From: Chitinophagaceae bacterium
Lineage (GTDB): Bacteria > Bacteroidota > Bacteroidia > Chitinophagales > Chitinophagaceae
Direction of reading: 5' to 3'
Assembly: GCA_947375185.1 (NCBI GenBank)
Contig: CANCEU010000001.1
Location: 22,279-86,278, forward strand
DNA length: 64,000 nt
Positions 9,394 through 18,831 of the stretch are shown piece after piece. The position numbers and the translations under genes are program-made. Below the pieces are notes generated by a model that saw nothing but the letters and a program-made list of their open reading frames with translations, was not told the origin of the DNA and ran no database searches. Every line of letters begins with the position of its first letter. The stretch's first letter is position 1.

Positions 9394-10872
9394 TTAGTAA
9401 GCTCTTGCAAATAAAACACGTTGCGTAGATGGGTTGCCTGATAAAATACATTTACCAGCTTCCAAAGTGTTATCCAAAGGAATACATCGAATAGTTGCCT
9501 TAGATAATTCCTTGATTTTTTCTTCTGTTTCAGGAGTTCCATCCCAATGTGCAGATACAAAACCAGCCTTGGTATCTAAAATTTGTACAAATTCATCCCA
9601 AGTATCCGCCTTTGTAATGTGTTCGTCACGATATTGTTTAGCACGATTAAATAAATTCGACTGAATCTCTAATAATAAATTATTCACTGTTTCAGTTAAC
9701 CCATCCATCGAAATAGTTGATTTTTCTTTGGTGTCTCTTCTAGCAATTTCAACTTGATTGTTCTCCATATCTCTTGGTCCTACTGCAATACGAACAGGAA
9801 CTCCTTTTAATTCGTATTCGGCAAATTTCCATCCTGGTCTTTGATTATCAGAATCATCATATTTAACACGAATTCCTGCTGCTTTAAAGGAAGCAACTAT
9901 TGCATTTACTTTTTCATCCAACAAAGCCTTTTGCTCCTCTCCTTTAAAAATAGGGACAATCACAACTTGAATTGGGGCAATTCTTGGAGGTAAAACTAAA
10001 CCTTGATCATCACTGTGCGTCATGACCAAGCCTCCAATTAAACGCGTACTCACACCCCAACTAGTAGCCCACACATAATCCAACTTATTATTTTTGTCAC
10101 TGAATTTTACATCAAATGCTTTCGCAAAATTTTGACCTAAAAAGTGAGATGTACCTGCCTGCAAAGCTTTACCATCCTGCATTAACGCTTCAATACAATA
10201 AGTATCTTCAGCGCCAGCAAATCTTTCATTCGCTGATTTTACTCCTTTAATTACAGGAACTGCCATCCAGTTTTCAGCAAAATCTGCATATACATTTAAC
10301 ATTTGAACTGTTTCTGCAACCGCTTCTTCCTTACTTGCATGTGCAGTATGCCCTTCCTGCCATAAAAATTCGGCAGTACGTAAAAACAACCTTGTTCTCA
10401 TCTCCCATCTTACGACATTGGCCCATTGATTCACTAAAATGGGTAAATCACGATAAGATTGAATCCATGTTTTGTAAGTATTCCAAATGATAGCCTCGCT
10501 GGTTGGTCGAACAATTAATTCTTCCTCCAACTTGGCTTCAGGATCTACCATTAATTTCCCTTTATTATTGGGGTCAGTTTTTAATCTGTAATGCGTTACA
10601 ATAGCACATTCTTTTGCAAAACCTTCCGCATTTTTTTCTTCCGCTTCAAATAAAGACTTAGGAACAAATAACGGGAAATAAGCATTTTGATGGCCTGTAT
10701 CTTTAAACATTTTATCTAATGCAGCTTGCATGTTTTCCCAAAGTGCATATCCATATGGCTTAATCACCATACAGCCTCTTACTGCACTATAATCGGCTAA
10801 CTCGCCTTTTAAAATTAAATCATTATACCATTGAGAATAGTCGGCTGCACGGGTAGTTAGTTCTTTTGCCAT
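9394..10872 (-). CDS. proS: Proline--tRNA ligase (archaeal/eukaryote-like type)
   Basis: [43 protein letters not shown]-terminal FARAY. Confidence 0.97.
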   Translation of the reverse strand: MAKELTTRAADYSQWYNDLILKGELADYSAVRGCMVIKPYGYALWENMQAALDKMFKDTGHQNAYFPLFVPKSLFEAEEKNAEGFAKECAIVTHYRLKTDPNNKGKLMVDPEAKLEEELIVRPTSEAIIWNTYKTWIQSYRDLPILVNQWANVVRWEMRTRLFLRTAEFLWQEGHTAHASKEEAVAETVQMLNVYADFAENWMAVPVIKGVKSANERFAGAEDTYCIEALMQDGKALQAGTSHFLGQNFAKAFDVKFSDKNNKLDYVWATSWGVSTRLIGGLVMTHSDDQGLVLPPRIAPIQVVIVPIFKGEEQKALLDEKVNAIVASFKAAGIRVKYDDSDNQRPGWKFAEYELKGVPVRIAVGPRDMENNQVEIARRDTKEKSTISMDGLTETVNNLLLEIQSNLFNRAKQYRDEHITKADTWDEFVQILDTKAGFVSAHWDGTPETEEKIKELSKATIRCIPLDNTLEAGKCILSGNPSTQRVLFARAY

Positions 10873-11005
10873 TTTTTAATAAATCTTAACATTTTTGAAT
10901 CAAAAATCGAACTACGAAAAAAGCCCTATATCCTATTTTTTCGTAGCTTTGATAGGACAAATGTATGCTAAAATTAGGGCATATAAAAACCTAAACTATT
11001 TCAAC

Positions 11006-12079
11006 ATGAACACGCTTAAACTACCTACCCAACTTAAACTCCTTGCATTGAGTTTGATAACAATTAGCTGTCTTGGCACAAGTTGCACTAGTTTACAACA
11101 AACAACTGCAACAGCAACTGATGATTTATACTATACTCCAAATACAAAAGTTACGGAGCAACAAACTACTGCAAGCAATGATTTTAGAAATCAACAACAA
11201 GTAGAAAATCAAGACCCAACAGGATACGGGGAAGAACAATCTTACCCTGATGATCGCTATTTAAGACTAAAAGTGGCTAATAGATACCGTTGGGATGCTA
11301 TTGATGATTTTGGATATTGGAATGACCCACGTTACAATTATGCTTACTACCCATCTTATGGTGGCTGGAATAGCTGGTACAGTGGTATTTATGGGAATTC
11401 ATGGTATAATCCTTTTGGCATTTCAATGGGATTTGGATGGGGTGGCTATTCTCCATACATAGGTGCATACTATAACATGGGTTGGGGATTTGACGATTTT
11501 GCATTTGGCGGAATGGGCTATGGATATGGAATGGGATTGGGTTATGGAATGGGTTATGGATATGGTGGATGGAACCCTTATTACGCTGGTTATTGGAATC
11601 CTTATGCAGGCTACTATAGCTATTACGGAGGTGGATTTATGAATGGAGTTCCTGGTCACAGAATGCATTACCAAGACCCAAGAGCAACTCAAACTAGCGC
11701 AACTGGATTGGCTGCCTATCGAAATGCATCTAGTTCAAGGAATTTTAATAATGTTTCCAATACTACTAATGGTACAACACGTTATACTGGAAATGCTAAT
11801 TTAAATAACAACTTTGGTTCTTTATTAAAAAGAGTCGTAACAGCAAATACAAATACCAACTATGCAAATAGCTGGGACAGACCTGCACGATCTTTTAACA
11901 GCAATAATAATGGCAACCAAAATAAAATAGCAAGCACTAACAACAACAGTAATAATAATAGCTACAAACCAACTTCAACGCAATCAAATATTAATTCTAA
12001 TGCAGGTGGCCGAAGTGGTGGATACAATAGCACAGGTACATCGTCTTCAAGTAGTGGCCGTGCTCCAAGAAATAATTAA
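11006..12079 (+). CDS. Hypothetical lipoprotein with Gly/Tyr/Trp-rich middle and Asn/Ser-rich low-complexity tail
   Basis: Signal II LALSLITISCLGTSC, DDLYY motif; start moved to MNTLK; TAGCTTTG box at 10944-10951. Confidence 0.75.
   Translation: MNTLKLPTQLKLLALSLITISCLGTSCTSLQQTTATATDDLYYTPNTKVTEQQTTASNDFRNQQQVENQDPTGYGEEQSYPDDRYLRLKVANRYRWDAIDDFGYWNDPRYNYAYYPSYGGWNSWYSGIYGNSWYNPFGISMGFGWGGYSPYIGAYYNMGWGFDDFAFGGMGYGYGMGLGYGMGYGYGGWNPYYAGYWNPYAGYYSYYGGGFMNGVPGHRMHYQDPRATQTSATGLAAYRNASSSRNFNNVSNTTNGTTRYTGNANLNNNFGSLLKRVVTANTNTNYANSWDRPARSFNSNNNGNQNKIASTNNNSNNNSYKPTSTQSNINSNAGGRSGGYNSTGTSSSSSGRAPRNN
11510..11570 (+). repeat. Degenerate GGx-TAT/ATG coding repeats (GMGYGYGMGLGYGMGYGYGG)
   Basis: Directly visible low-complexity tandem codons. 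Confidence 0.7.
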
Positions 12080-12126
12080 GTTATTATTACCATTTTAGCA
12101 ATCGAATATTTATAAATGTTTCAATT

Positions 12127-13653
12127 ATGAAAAGAATTTTTTTATTGATCTTATTGGGATCAAGTTTAACTATGTATGCGCAGGATCCTGAAGACGGATT
12201 GAGACTTTCTTGGTTCGCTCCAAGTGGTACAGCAAGAAGTAATGCATTGGGAGGAGCCATGGGATCATTAGGCGGAGACCTCTCTTCCAATCATATTAAT
12301 CCAGCAGGGCTTGGATTTTATAAATCTGGTGAATTATTATTTGCACCACGATTTTCAACACAAACAAATAATTTCAATTACTTAGGTGACAAGAGTACAT
12401 CAAGTGTCAACAAAGCTAATTTTGGAACCATTGGTATTGTATTTGCTGATGGGAAAAAGAAAAACAATTGGACAAGCTCGGCATTCTCCATAACTTTTAA
12501 TCAAATTGCAGACTATAGTAACCATGTTAGTTTTTCAGGAAGAAATAACTTTAGCAGTTATTCTGAAAAATATTTAGAAGAATTGATTCACGACAATGCA
12601 GATACATTAGCAGCACTTAATAATTATATTTTTGGAAGTTCATTGGCGTTTAGAACATATTTGATTGACACAACAGCAGGCTCAAATGGAGCAGTAACAG
12701 GCTATCAAAGCTTAGTTCCATTATCAACTGGAATTAATCAAATTTATGATGCAACAACAAGTGGCAGCTATAATGAATTGGCATTTGGATGGGGCGGCAA
12801 TGTTGAAGATAAATTGTATTTAGGGGCAAGCATTATAATGCCAATGATTAATTACAATCGCAGCCTTTATTATTCCGAAACAGATTTGACAAACAACCCT
12901 AACAATTATTTTGGTGGATTTACCATAAATGAAAACTTCAGTTCAAGAGGTTGGGGATTGGGCGCAAAATTTGGTATTATATACAAACCAGCATCATATT
13001 TAAGACTTGGATTTTCATTGCATACTCCTCAACTTATTACATTTAGAGATGCTATAAGTGCTGACATGACTACGAATACTGAAAAATATGCAGGGGTTCA
13101 ATCAGCAAGTTCAAGTGATTTAAATGATGGTTATGCAGGAATTAGAGAGTACACAATTGCAACACCAACAAAAGCAACTCTCAGCACAAGTTACTTTTTT
13201 GCTGCACCAAATAAACCAACTCAACCACTTGGTTTTATCAGTGCCGATGTAGAATTTGTAAACTATGCGGGTACACATTATTATGCCAATACGTATGATC
13301 AAGCTAGCACTGATTATTACCACAATTTAAATGCAACTATTAAAGCCATTTATAAAAACAATGTTAACGTAAAAATTGGTTCTGAAATTAAAGTAAATGG
13401 TAATTGGATGTTAAGAGCAGGGACTGCTTATTATGGCTCTCCTTATCAAGACGAAACCATAAAGGCATCACATTGGAATGTGAGTGGAGGCATTGGATAT
13501 AGAACAAATAGACATTTTATCGACTTAACTATTGTCAATACCGCCGTTAAGGATGCCATTTTCCCATATCGCTTAAATGACAAGCCTAATACTTATGCTA
13601 GCTTAACCGGAAATAGATTAATGTTTAATATTGGATACGGAATAAGATTCTAG
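12127..13653 (+). CDS. OmpP1/FadL family outer-membrane beta-barrel transporter
   Basis: Signal peptide; GTARSNALGGAMGSLGGDLS..NPAGLG N-terminal hatch motif; terminal GIRF. Confidence 0.82.
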   Translation: MKRIFLLILLGSSLTMYAQDPEDGLRLSWFAPSGTARSNALGGAMGSLGGDLSSNHINPAGLGFYKSGELLFAPRFSTQTNNFNYLGDKSTSSVNKANFGTIGIVFADGKKKNNWTSSAFSITFNQIADYSNHVSFSGRNNFSSYSEKYLEELIHDNADTLAALNNYIFGSSLAFRTYLIDTTAGSNGAVTGYQSLVPLSTGINQIYDATTSGSYNELAFGWGGNVEDKLYLGASIIMPMINYNRSLYYSETDLTNNPNNYFGGFTINENFSSRGWGLGAKFGIIYKPASYLRLGFSLHTPQLITFRDAISADMTTNTEKYAGVQSASSSDLNDGYAGIREYTIATPTKATLSTSYFFAAPNKPTQPLGFISADVEFVNYAGTHYYANTYDQASTDYYHNLNATIKAIYKNNVNVKIGSEIKVNGNWMLRAGTAYYGSPYQDETIKASHWNVSGGIGYRTNRHFIDLTIVNTAVKDAIFPYRLNDKPNTYASLTGNRLMFNIGYGIRF

Positions 13654-13676
13654 TATTTGAATATATATAACCTCTT

Positions 13677-13710
13677 AAAAAAAGCGCATCCAATTGGATG
13701 CGCTTTTTTT
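13677..13710. terminator. Bidirectional intrinsic terminator between convergent genes
   Basis: Perfect 34-bp palindrome A7-GCGCATCC-AATT-GGATGCGC-T7. Confidence 0.9.
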
Positions 13711-13753
13711 ATGGATATAGATTAACTACTTCCGAACTTGAATTGGATATTGA

Positions 13754-15820
13754 CTATTTCAAATCAGATAGTTTCAATCCTTGGTTCGCTTTCATATCAG
13801 TATACTTAATATCTATTTTCACTTGTCCCATGTCCAATAACGCTTCGGATGGCAATTGAATACCATTCACTACTTTATACCCATTGTAAAATTGCTGTTG
13901 AGTAACAGTACCCCTGCCTGGCACTTCCTGAGATGATGCAGTTTTCACTAACAAAAATGTATTTGCGTCATAAAAACGATGCGATTTTTTACCCGAAGGT
14001 GTTGTCACTTCCATATCAATTGCATCTTTACCTTCCACTTTTTCAGCACCCACAATTTTTAATTGATACCCTTTTGATAGATAAATTGCTTCAGGTGCAA
14101 TTACCGCTGCTTCATCCAAGCCTTCTTTAATCTCATCGGTAATAGGGGCTTCCATACCTTGCTGACTAACAGTATACTTTCCATCAACAACAGCTTGCTT
14201 CATAATAGTCATTCCTCCCATTGACATGGTTGAAACTGTATTGCCAGGCAAAATATAAGTTTGAGACATATCCAATGATTGTCCCATTACCGAAGCAGTA
14301 CCTTTTAATTGCAAGTCTTTGATAGCATCAATCGCCTCTTTTCCCCCAACAGCAGCTACTACTTTTTGTATCAAAATTTCCGGAGTTAATGAGGCATCCG
14401 ATTTGGCTTCGGTTGGCGCAGCAACTTCATTTCCTTCAAAATCAAAATACTTCACTGGACCATATTTGTCGAGCCCTTTTGCTATTTGTTTTGCATTACC
14501 AACAATCACAATATGCATACTTGTTGGATCTAATAATTTTTTTGCTGCATTTTGTACATTTTGCGCATCCACTGCAGCTAAATTTGCTAAATATTTTTGA
14601 TAGTAATCAGCAGGCATTTTATAGCGCGCAATATTTAAAGCAAAGTTGGCAATGGTAGCAGGATTTTCTAATGAGCGTGCAAAACCTCCAGATAAATAAT
14701 TTTTCATTCTTGACAACTCTACTTCTCCAACTTGCTCATCTCTAATTTTATTGATTTCACTGAAAATTTCTTGAATGGCACTGTCTGTTTTTTCATTTCT
14801 GACGGACGATTCTGCAGCAAACATACCAACCTGTCTATTTGGAGAAAGAGAAGAATAAGCACCATATGTAAATCCATGTTGCTCTCTTAAATTTGCAAAT
14901 AAACGACCAGAGAAACCACCACCCAAAATGTTATTCATCACATTACTAGGTATAACATTAGCAGACCCTTGCACTAAATCAACTGTTGTTGCCACTGCCA
15001 CTACACTTTGTACGGAAGCTGGGCGATCAACAATTGCAACATAGGACTTTGATGGTTTTATTATTTTTGGATAAACCGTATTAGGTACAGTGCCTCTTAC
15101 CCAACTACCAAAATTCTTTTCAGCAATTGCTTTTGCTGCTAATGGTTCAATATCGCCTACAAAAACCAAGTAAGCAATATTAGGCTTCCAATAAGTTGAA
15201 ATAAACTTTTTAACATCTTCAACTTTAATTTTATTTACAGTGGTAGTGGTTGTGATTTCGCCGAATGGATGATTAGCGCCATATACTAATTTTTTCATCA
15301 CATTATTAGAGATCGCATCAGGTTCATCTTTATTTGATTCGATACCTGAAATAGTTTGCTTTCTTACTTTTTCCAATTCATCACTTGACAAAGCAGGATG
15401 CAATACCACTTCAGCCATTAAGCTCATTAATTGAGGAAAATTCTTTTTTAAAGAACTAACCGAAGCAGATTGACTAGTTGTATTTAAGCTTCCTCCTAAA
15501 TATTCAACAGCTTCATCTAGTACAATTTTAGACTTTGTAGTGGTACCCCGTTTTAGCAACTGTCCTGCCATATCGGCTAAGCCAGCTTTGTCCCCTTCCG
15601 CAAAACCATCTAAATCTAATGCTAAAGTTGCAGTGACAGATGGTTGTTTAGTATTTTTTACAACGAAAACCTGCAACCCGTTGGACAATGTATATTTAAC
15701 GGGATCTCCTACTTGAATAATCGGCGCTTTGCCTGGCAAAGGTGCTTTTGTTCTATCGACAGATTGTGCCAAGATTGTTATTGGCATTAAAAGCAATAAC
15801 AAGATTTTTATATTTTTCAT
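13754..15820 (-). CDS. M16 (pitrilysin) family peptidase, non-catalytic subunit, with extra C-terminal domain
   Basis: LSNGLQVFVV, no HxxEH, LGGGFSGRLFANLREQHGFTYG; about 220-aa C-terminal extension. Confidence 0.85.
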   Translation of the reverse strand: MKNIKILLLLLMPITILAQSVDRTKAPLPGKAPIIQVGDPVKYTLSNGLQVFVVKNTKQPSVTATLALDLDGFAEGDKAGLADMAGQLLKRGTTTKSKIVLDEAVEYLGGSLNTTSQSASVSSLKKNFPQLMSLMAEVVLHPALSSDELEKVRKQTISGIESNKDEPDAISNNVMKKLVYGANHPFGEITTTTTVNKIKVEDVKKFISTYWKPNIAYLVFVGDIEPLAAKAIAEKNFGSWVRGTVPNTVYPKIIKPSKSYVAIVDRPASVQSVVAVATTVDLVQGSANVIPSNVMNNILGGGFSGRLFANLREQHGFTYGAYSSLSPNRQVGMFAAESSVRNEKTDSAIQEIFSEINKIRDEQVGEVELSRMKNYLSGGFARSLENPATIANFALNIARYKMPADYYQKYLANLAAVDAQNVQNAAKKLLDPTSMHIVIVGNAKQIAKGLDKYGPVKYFDFEGNEVAAPTEAKSDASLTPEILIQKVVAAVGGKEAIDAIKDLQLKGTASVMGQSLDMSQTYILPGNTVSTMSMGGMTIMKQAVVDGKYTVSQQGMEAPITDEIKEGLDEAAVIAPEAIYLSKGYQLKIVGAEKVEGKDAIDMEVTTPSGKKSHRFYDANTFLLVKTASSQEVPGRGTVTQQQFYNGYKVVNGIQLPSEALLDMGQVKIDIKYTDMKANQGLKLSDLK

Positions 15821-15840
15821 ACAATATTTTTTAAGATAAT

Positions 15841-17172
15841 TTATTTAGTTGGAGCTTGTGATTTTGGTACGTAATATAAAACCACTCGATTGTCACTATT
15901 TAAATATTTTTTTGCAACTTTTAGCACATCCTCTCTTGTGACTTTATTATACTTTTCCAACTCTGTATTTACTAAGTTGGCGTCTCCAAAGTAAACTTCA
16001 AAATTCGCAAGATCTTCTGCAATTCCAGCCATCGTACTTTTATTTTTAACTAAATCGGTAGTGATTTGATTTTTTACTTTTTGGAATTCTCGCTCACTTA
16101 CTAAATTTGTTTTAAGATCTGTTACAACACTATCCATGCTTTGCTCTAATACGGTTGCTTTCACACCCGCATTTGCAATGGCTAGCGTAATAAACAATCC
16201 CTCGTCCTCATTGAAAAAAGGAACTGATTGAGCTGCAACAGCCAATTGTTTATTATCAACTAATATTTTATTCATGCGCGATGATTCACCCCCTGATAAT
16301 ATCGTTGACAACACTTTGAATGCATAAAACTCTTCGGCAGTTTGTTTAGGCGCACGATAAGCTTGAAATACCCCTTCCAATTGAACATTATCGTAAATAA
16401 TATCTCTAACTTCACCTCCTAAAGCTGGTTCTTTGATATTTGGTTTAGAGATTGTGTTTGTTCCTTTTGCAATTGGTGCAAAATAAGATTGTATTTTATT
16501 TTTTAAATCTGCTTTATTAAAATCACCGGCAATTGACAATACACAATTATTAGGTACGTAATAAGTTTTATAGAACTGAATGAATTCATCCAACTTTGCA
16601 GCATTCAAATGATCCATACTTCCAATTGGAGCCCAATGATAAGGATGCACTTTAAATGCACGCTTTAGCATTTCAGTCAAAAAACTACCATAAGGACGAT
16701 TGTCCATGCGCATTCTTTTTTCTTCCTTTACTACTTCTCTTTGTGTATTTACTCCAACTTGTTCAATTTTAGCATGCATCATTCTTTCACTTTCTAGCCA
16801 TAAACCTAAATCAACTTGATTCGATGGCAATAGTTCGTAATAGAAAGTTCTGTCCTGACTTGTATTTGCATTTAATACCCCACCGGCATTAGTTACATAT
16901 TTATCAAACTCGCCACGTTTAATATTTTCAGATCCTTCAAATAATAAATGCTCAAAAAAATGAGCGAAACCTGTACGTGCCGTATCCTCATTTTTTGAAC
17001 CTACATGATAAAGTGCGGTAACAGCAACAACAGGTGCTGTGTGATCCTCGTGTAAAATAACGGTTAGCCCGTTGGGAAGTGTGTATTTTTCAAACTGTAT
17101 GGTTTGACCTTGCGCAAAAATTTGGGCAATGGAAAAACTGCATACAAAAAACAGTAATGCTTTTTTCTGCAT
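15841..17172 (-). CDS. M16 family zinc metallopeptidase, catalytic subunit
   Basis: LPNGLTVIL, YHVGSKNE, GFAHFFEHLLFEGS (HxxEH). Confidence 0.92.
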   Translation of the reverse strand: MQKKALLFFVCSFSIAQIFAQGQTIQFEKYTLPNGLTVILHEDHTAPVVAVTALYHVGSKNEDTARTGFAHFFEHLLFEGSENIKRGEFDKYVTNAGGVLNANTSQDRTFYYELLPSNQVDLGLWLESERMMHAKIEQVGVNTQREVVKEEKRMRMDNRPYGSFLTEMLKRAFKVHPYHWAPIGSMDHLNAAKLDEFIQFYKTYYVPNNCVLSIAGDFNKADLKNKIQSYFAPIAKGTNTISKPNIKEPALGGEVRDIIYDNVQLEGVFQAYRAPKQTAEEFYAFKVLSTILSGGESSRMNKILVDNKQLAVAAQSVPFFNEDEGLFITLAIANAGVKATVLEQSMDSVVTDLKTNLVSEREFQKVKNQITTDLVKNKSTMAGIAEDLANFEVYFGDANLVNTELEKYNKVTREDVLKVAKKYLNSDNRVVLYYVPKSQAPTK

Positions 17173-17247
17173 AAAATAAATTTATAATTAAGATTGAAGT
17201 TAAAACTAAGGCTATTTGCCTAATTAATCCTTAAAAAATATTAAGAA

Positions 17248-18144
17248 TTATTCCCCGATTATTTGATCGGGCGTAATTGTAGATGATTGGCACCACTTAA
17301 TTTCAGGGTCTTTTTTAAACCATGTCATCTGGCGTTTAGCATAATGTCTAGTATTTTGCTGAATCAATTCTATTACTCGAGATTTGTCAATTTCACCATT
17401 AAAATAAGGCAACCATTCGCTATAGCCAACGGTTTGCAAGGCATTAAGCATTGTATGAGGAACTAAGGATTGTACTTCCTGTTCTAATCCTTCTTCGACC
17501 ATATTCATAACCCTTTGGTTGATACGTTCATAGAGTAATTCCCTTGGCATTTCGATGCCAATTTTAACAATATTAAATGGACGAACAACTTTATTTTGAT
17601 TTTGAAAATTGACTATAGACTTACCCGTACCAAGTTTAACTTCTAATGCACGCATTAATCTTTGTGGATTTTGTTGCTCCCCTTTTTCCCAATAAATGGG
17701 ATCTTTTACCGAAACTTCTTTCTGCAACCACCTTAGCCCCAATTTTTCAAATTGATTAATGATGCCTGCTCTAATTTCTGGATCAATGGCGGGTATCATA
17801 TCCAAACCTTCGCAAAAGGCCTTAATATATAATCCGGTTCCACCTACCAAGACAACAGCATCTTTTGTTTTAAATATTTCATCAACTTTATTTAATGCAT
17901 ATTGTTCAAAAACTGAGGCATTAATCGTTTCTTGAATAGAATGAGATGCAATAAAATGATGAGTTACTTGCGCCAATTCTTCCTTATTGGGTCTTGCTAC
18001 ACCAATATTCATTTCTTGATAACATTGACGCGCATCAACTGAAATAATTTCTGTATTTAATTCTTTTGCTAATTCAATTGCAAATGAAGTTTTTCCAACA
18101 GCTGTTGGACCAACAATAATATAAGCCGTTTTTTGAGTAGACAA
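17248..18144 (-). CDS. miaA: tRNA dimethylallyltransferase
   Basis: IVGPTAVGKT, ISVDARQCY, VGGTGLYI, YAKRQMTWF. Confidence 0.95.
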   Translation of the reverse strand: MSTQKTAYIIVGPTAVGKTSFAIELAKELNTEIISVDARQCYQEMNIGVARPNKEELAQVTHHFIASHSIQETINASVFEQYALNKVDEIFKTKDAVVLVGGTGLYIKAFCEGLDMIPAIDPEIRAGIINQFEKLGLRWLQKEVSVKDPIYWEKGEQQNPQRLMRALEVKLGTGKSIVNFQNQNKVVRPFNIVKIGIEMPRELLYERINQRVMNMVEEGLEQEVQSLVPHTMLNALQTVGYSEWLPYFNGEIDKSRVIELIQQNTRHYAKRQMTWFKKDPEIKWCQSSTITPDQIIGE

Positions 18145-18155
18145 GTATTTTAAAT

Positions 18156-18806
18156 TTAGTAGGCTTCGAATGAATCATCTAAAAAGCCTCCATTATCACT
18201 GGAATCATTATTATCTTCTGAATCATCTGAGTCATCTGAGTCATCTGAATCATCTGAGTCATCATTGTCATCATCTCCATCCGAAGCATGTATATCCTCC
18301 CCCTCTTCCCCAAAGCCATCTTTGGCTTCGGATAAATCATATTTCTCTTCGATATCTGCAAATTTCTTACCTAATAATCCCTTGGAGCCATATTGCATAG
18401 GACCAACACCTTCTACTCTAGAAACCAACGGATATTCTAAAGTCATGTCGGCATCGGCATTTTTAATAACTTGAATCAATTCAATTAAAAAGGTCCAATT
18501 TTTTGCAAAATCATAAACATAAATAAAATGTTGATTGGTATCTATTATTTCAGTGCCAATGAGTGTGTCAATCATCAATAAAGGAGGAACTACATATTCC
18601 TTTTCGTAAACCTCTTTACTGATTTCTCTTCCTCTTTTCCAAACATCATTACTTCTATAAAAAGTAGCTGAATGCAATTGATCAAATTCAAAGGCCTTTA
18701 ATATAATTTGGTGCATATGTTGGAAGCTTTGGGTATGCTTTACCAAAATATCTCTATATATCGCATCATCCTCCTCCCAATAAACCCTAAATTTTAAAAT
18801 GGCCAT
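18156..18806 (-). CDS. pRiA4b ORF-3-like (IS1096 TnpR-like) family protein with acidic tail
   Basis: ILKFRVYW, FQHMHQIILKAFEFD, FIYVYDFAKNWTFLIEL; Asp/Glu-rich C-terminus. Confidence 0.7.
   Translation of the reverse strand: MAILKFRVYWEEDDAIYRDILVKHTQSFQHMHQIILKAFEFDQLHSATFYRSNDVWKRGREISKEVYEKEYVVPPLLMIDTLIGTEIIDTNQHFIYVYDFAKNWTFLIELIQVIKNADADMTLEYPLVSRVEGVGPMQYGSKGLLGKKFADIEEKYDLSEAKDGFGEEGEDIHASDGDDDNDDSDDSDDSDDSDDSEDNNDSSDNGGFLDDSFEAY
18214..18267. repeat. 9-bp tandem repeat TCATCTGAR (4 near-perfect plus 2 degenerate copies) encoding (S-D-D)n
   Basis: TCTTCTGAA TCATCTGAG TCATCTGAG TCATCTGAA TCATCTGAG TCATCATTG. Confidence 0.85.
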
Positions 18807-18831
18807 ATTTAAATTTTGAAACGCTAAATTA

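Noticed and set aside
18170-18474. Three plus-strand ORFs with repetitive HL/MTQ peptides
   Set aside because: Shadow frames of the 9-bp repeat, antisense to the real gene
18156-18806. IS1096/plasmid mobile element
   Set aside because: Family name only; no transposase, terminal inverted repeats or target duplication, and it sits inside a housekeeping run
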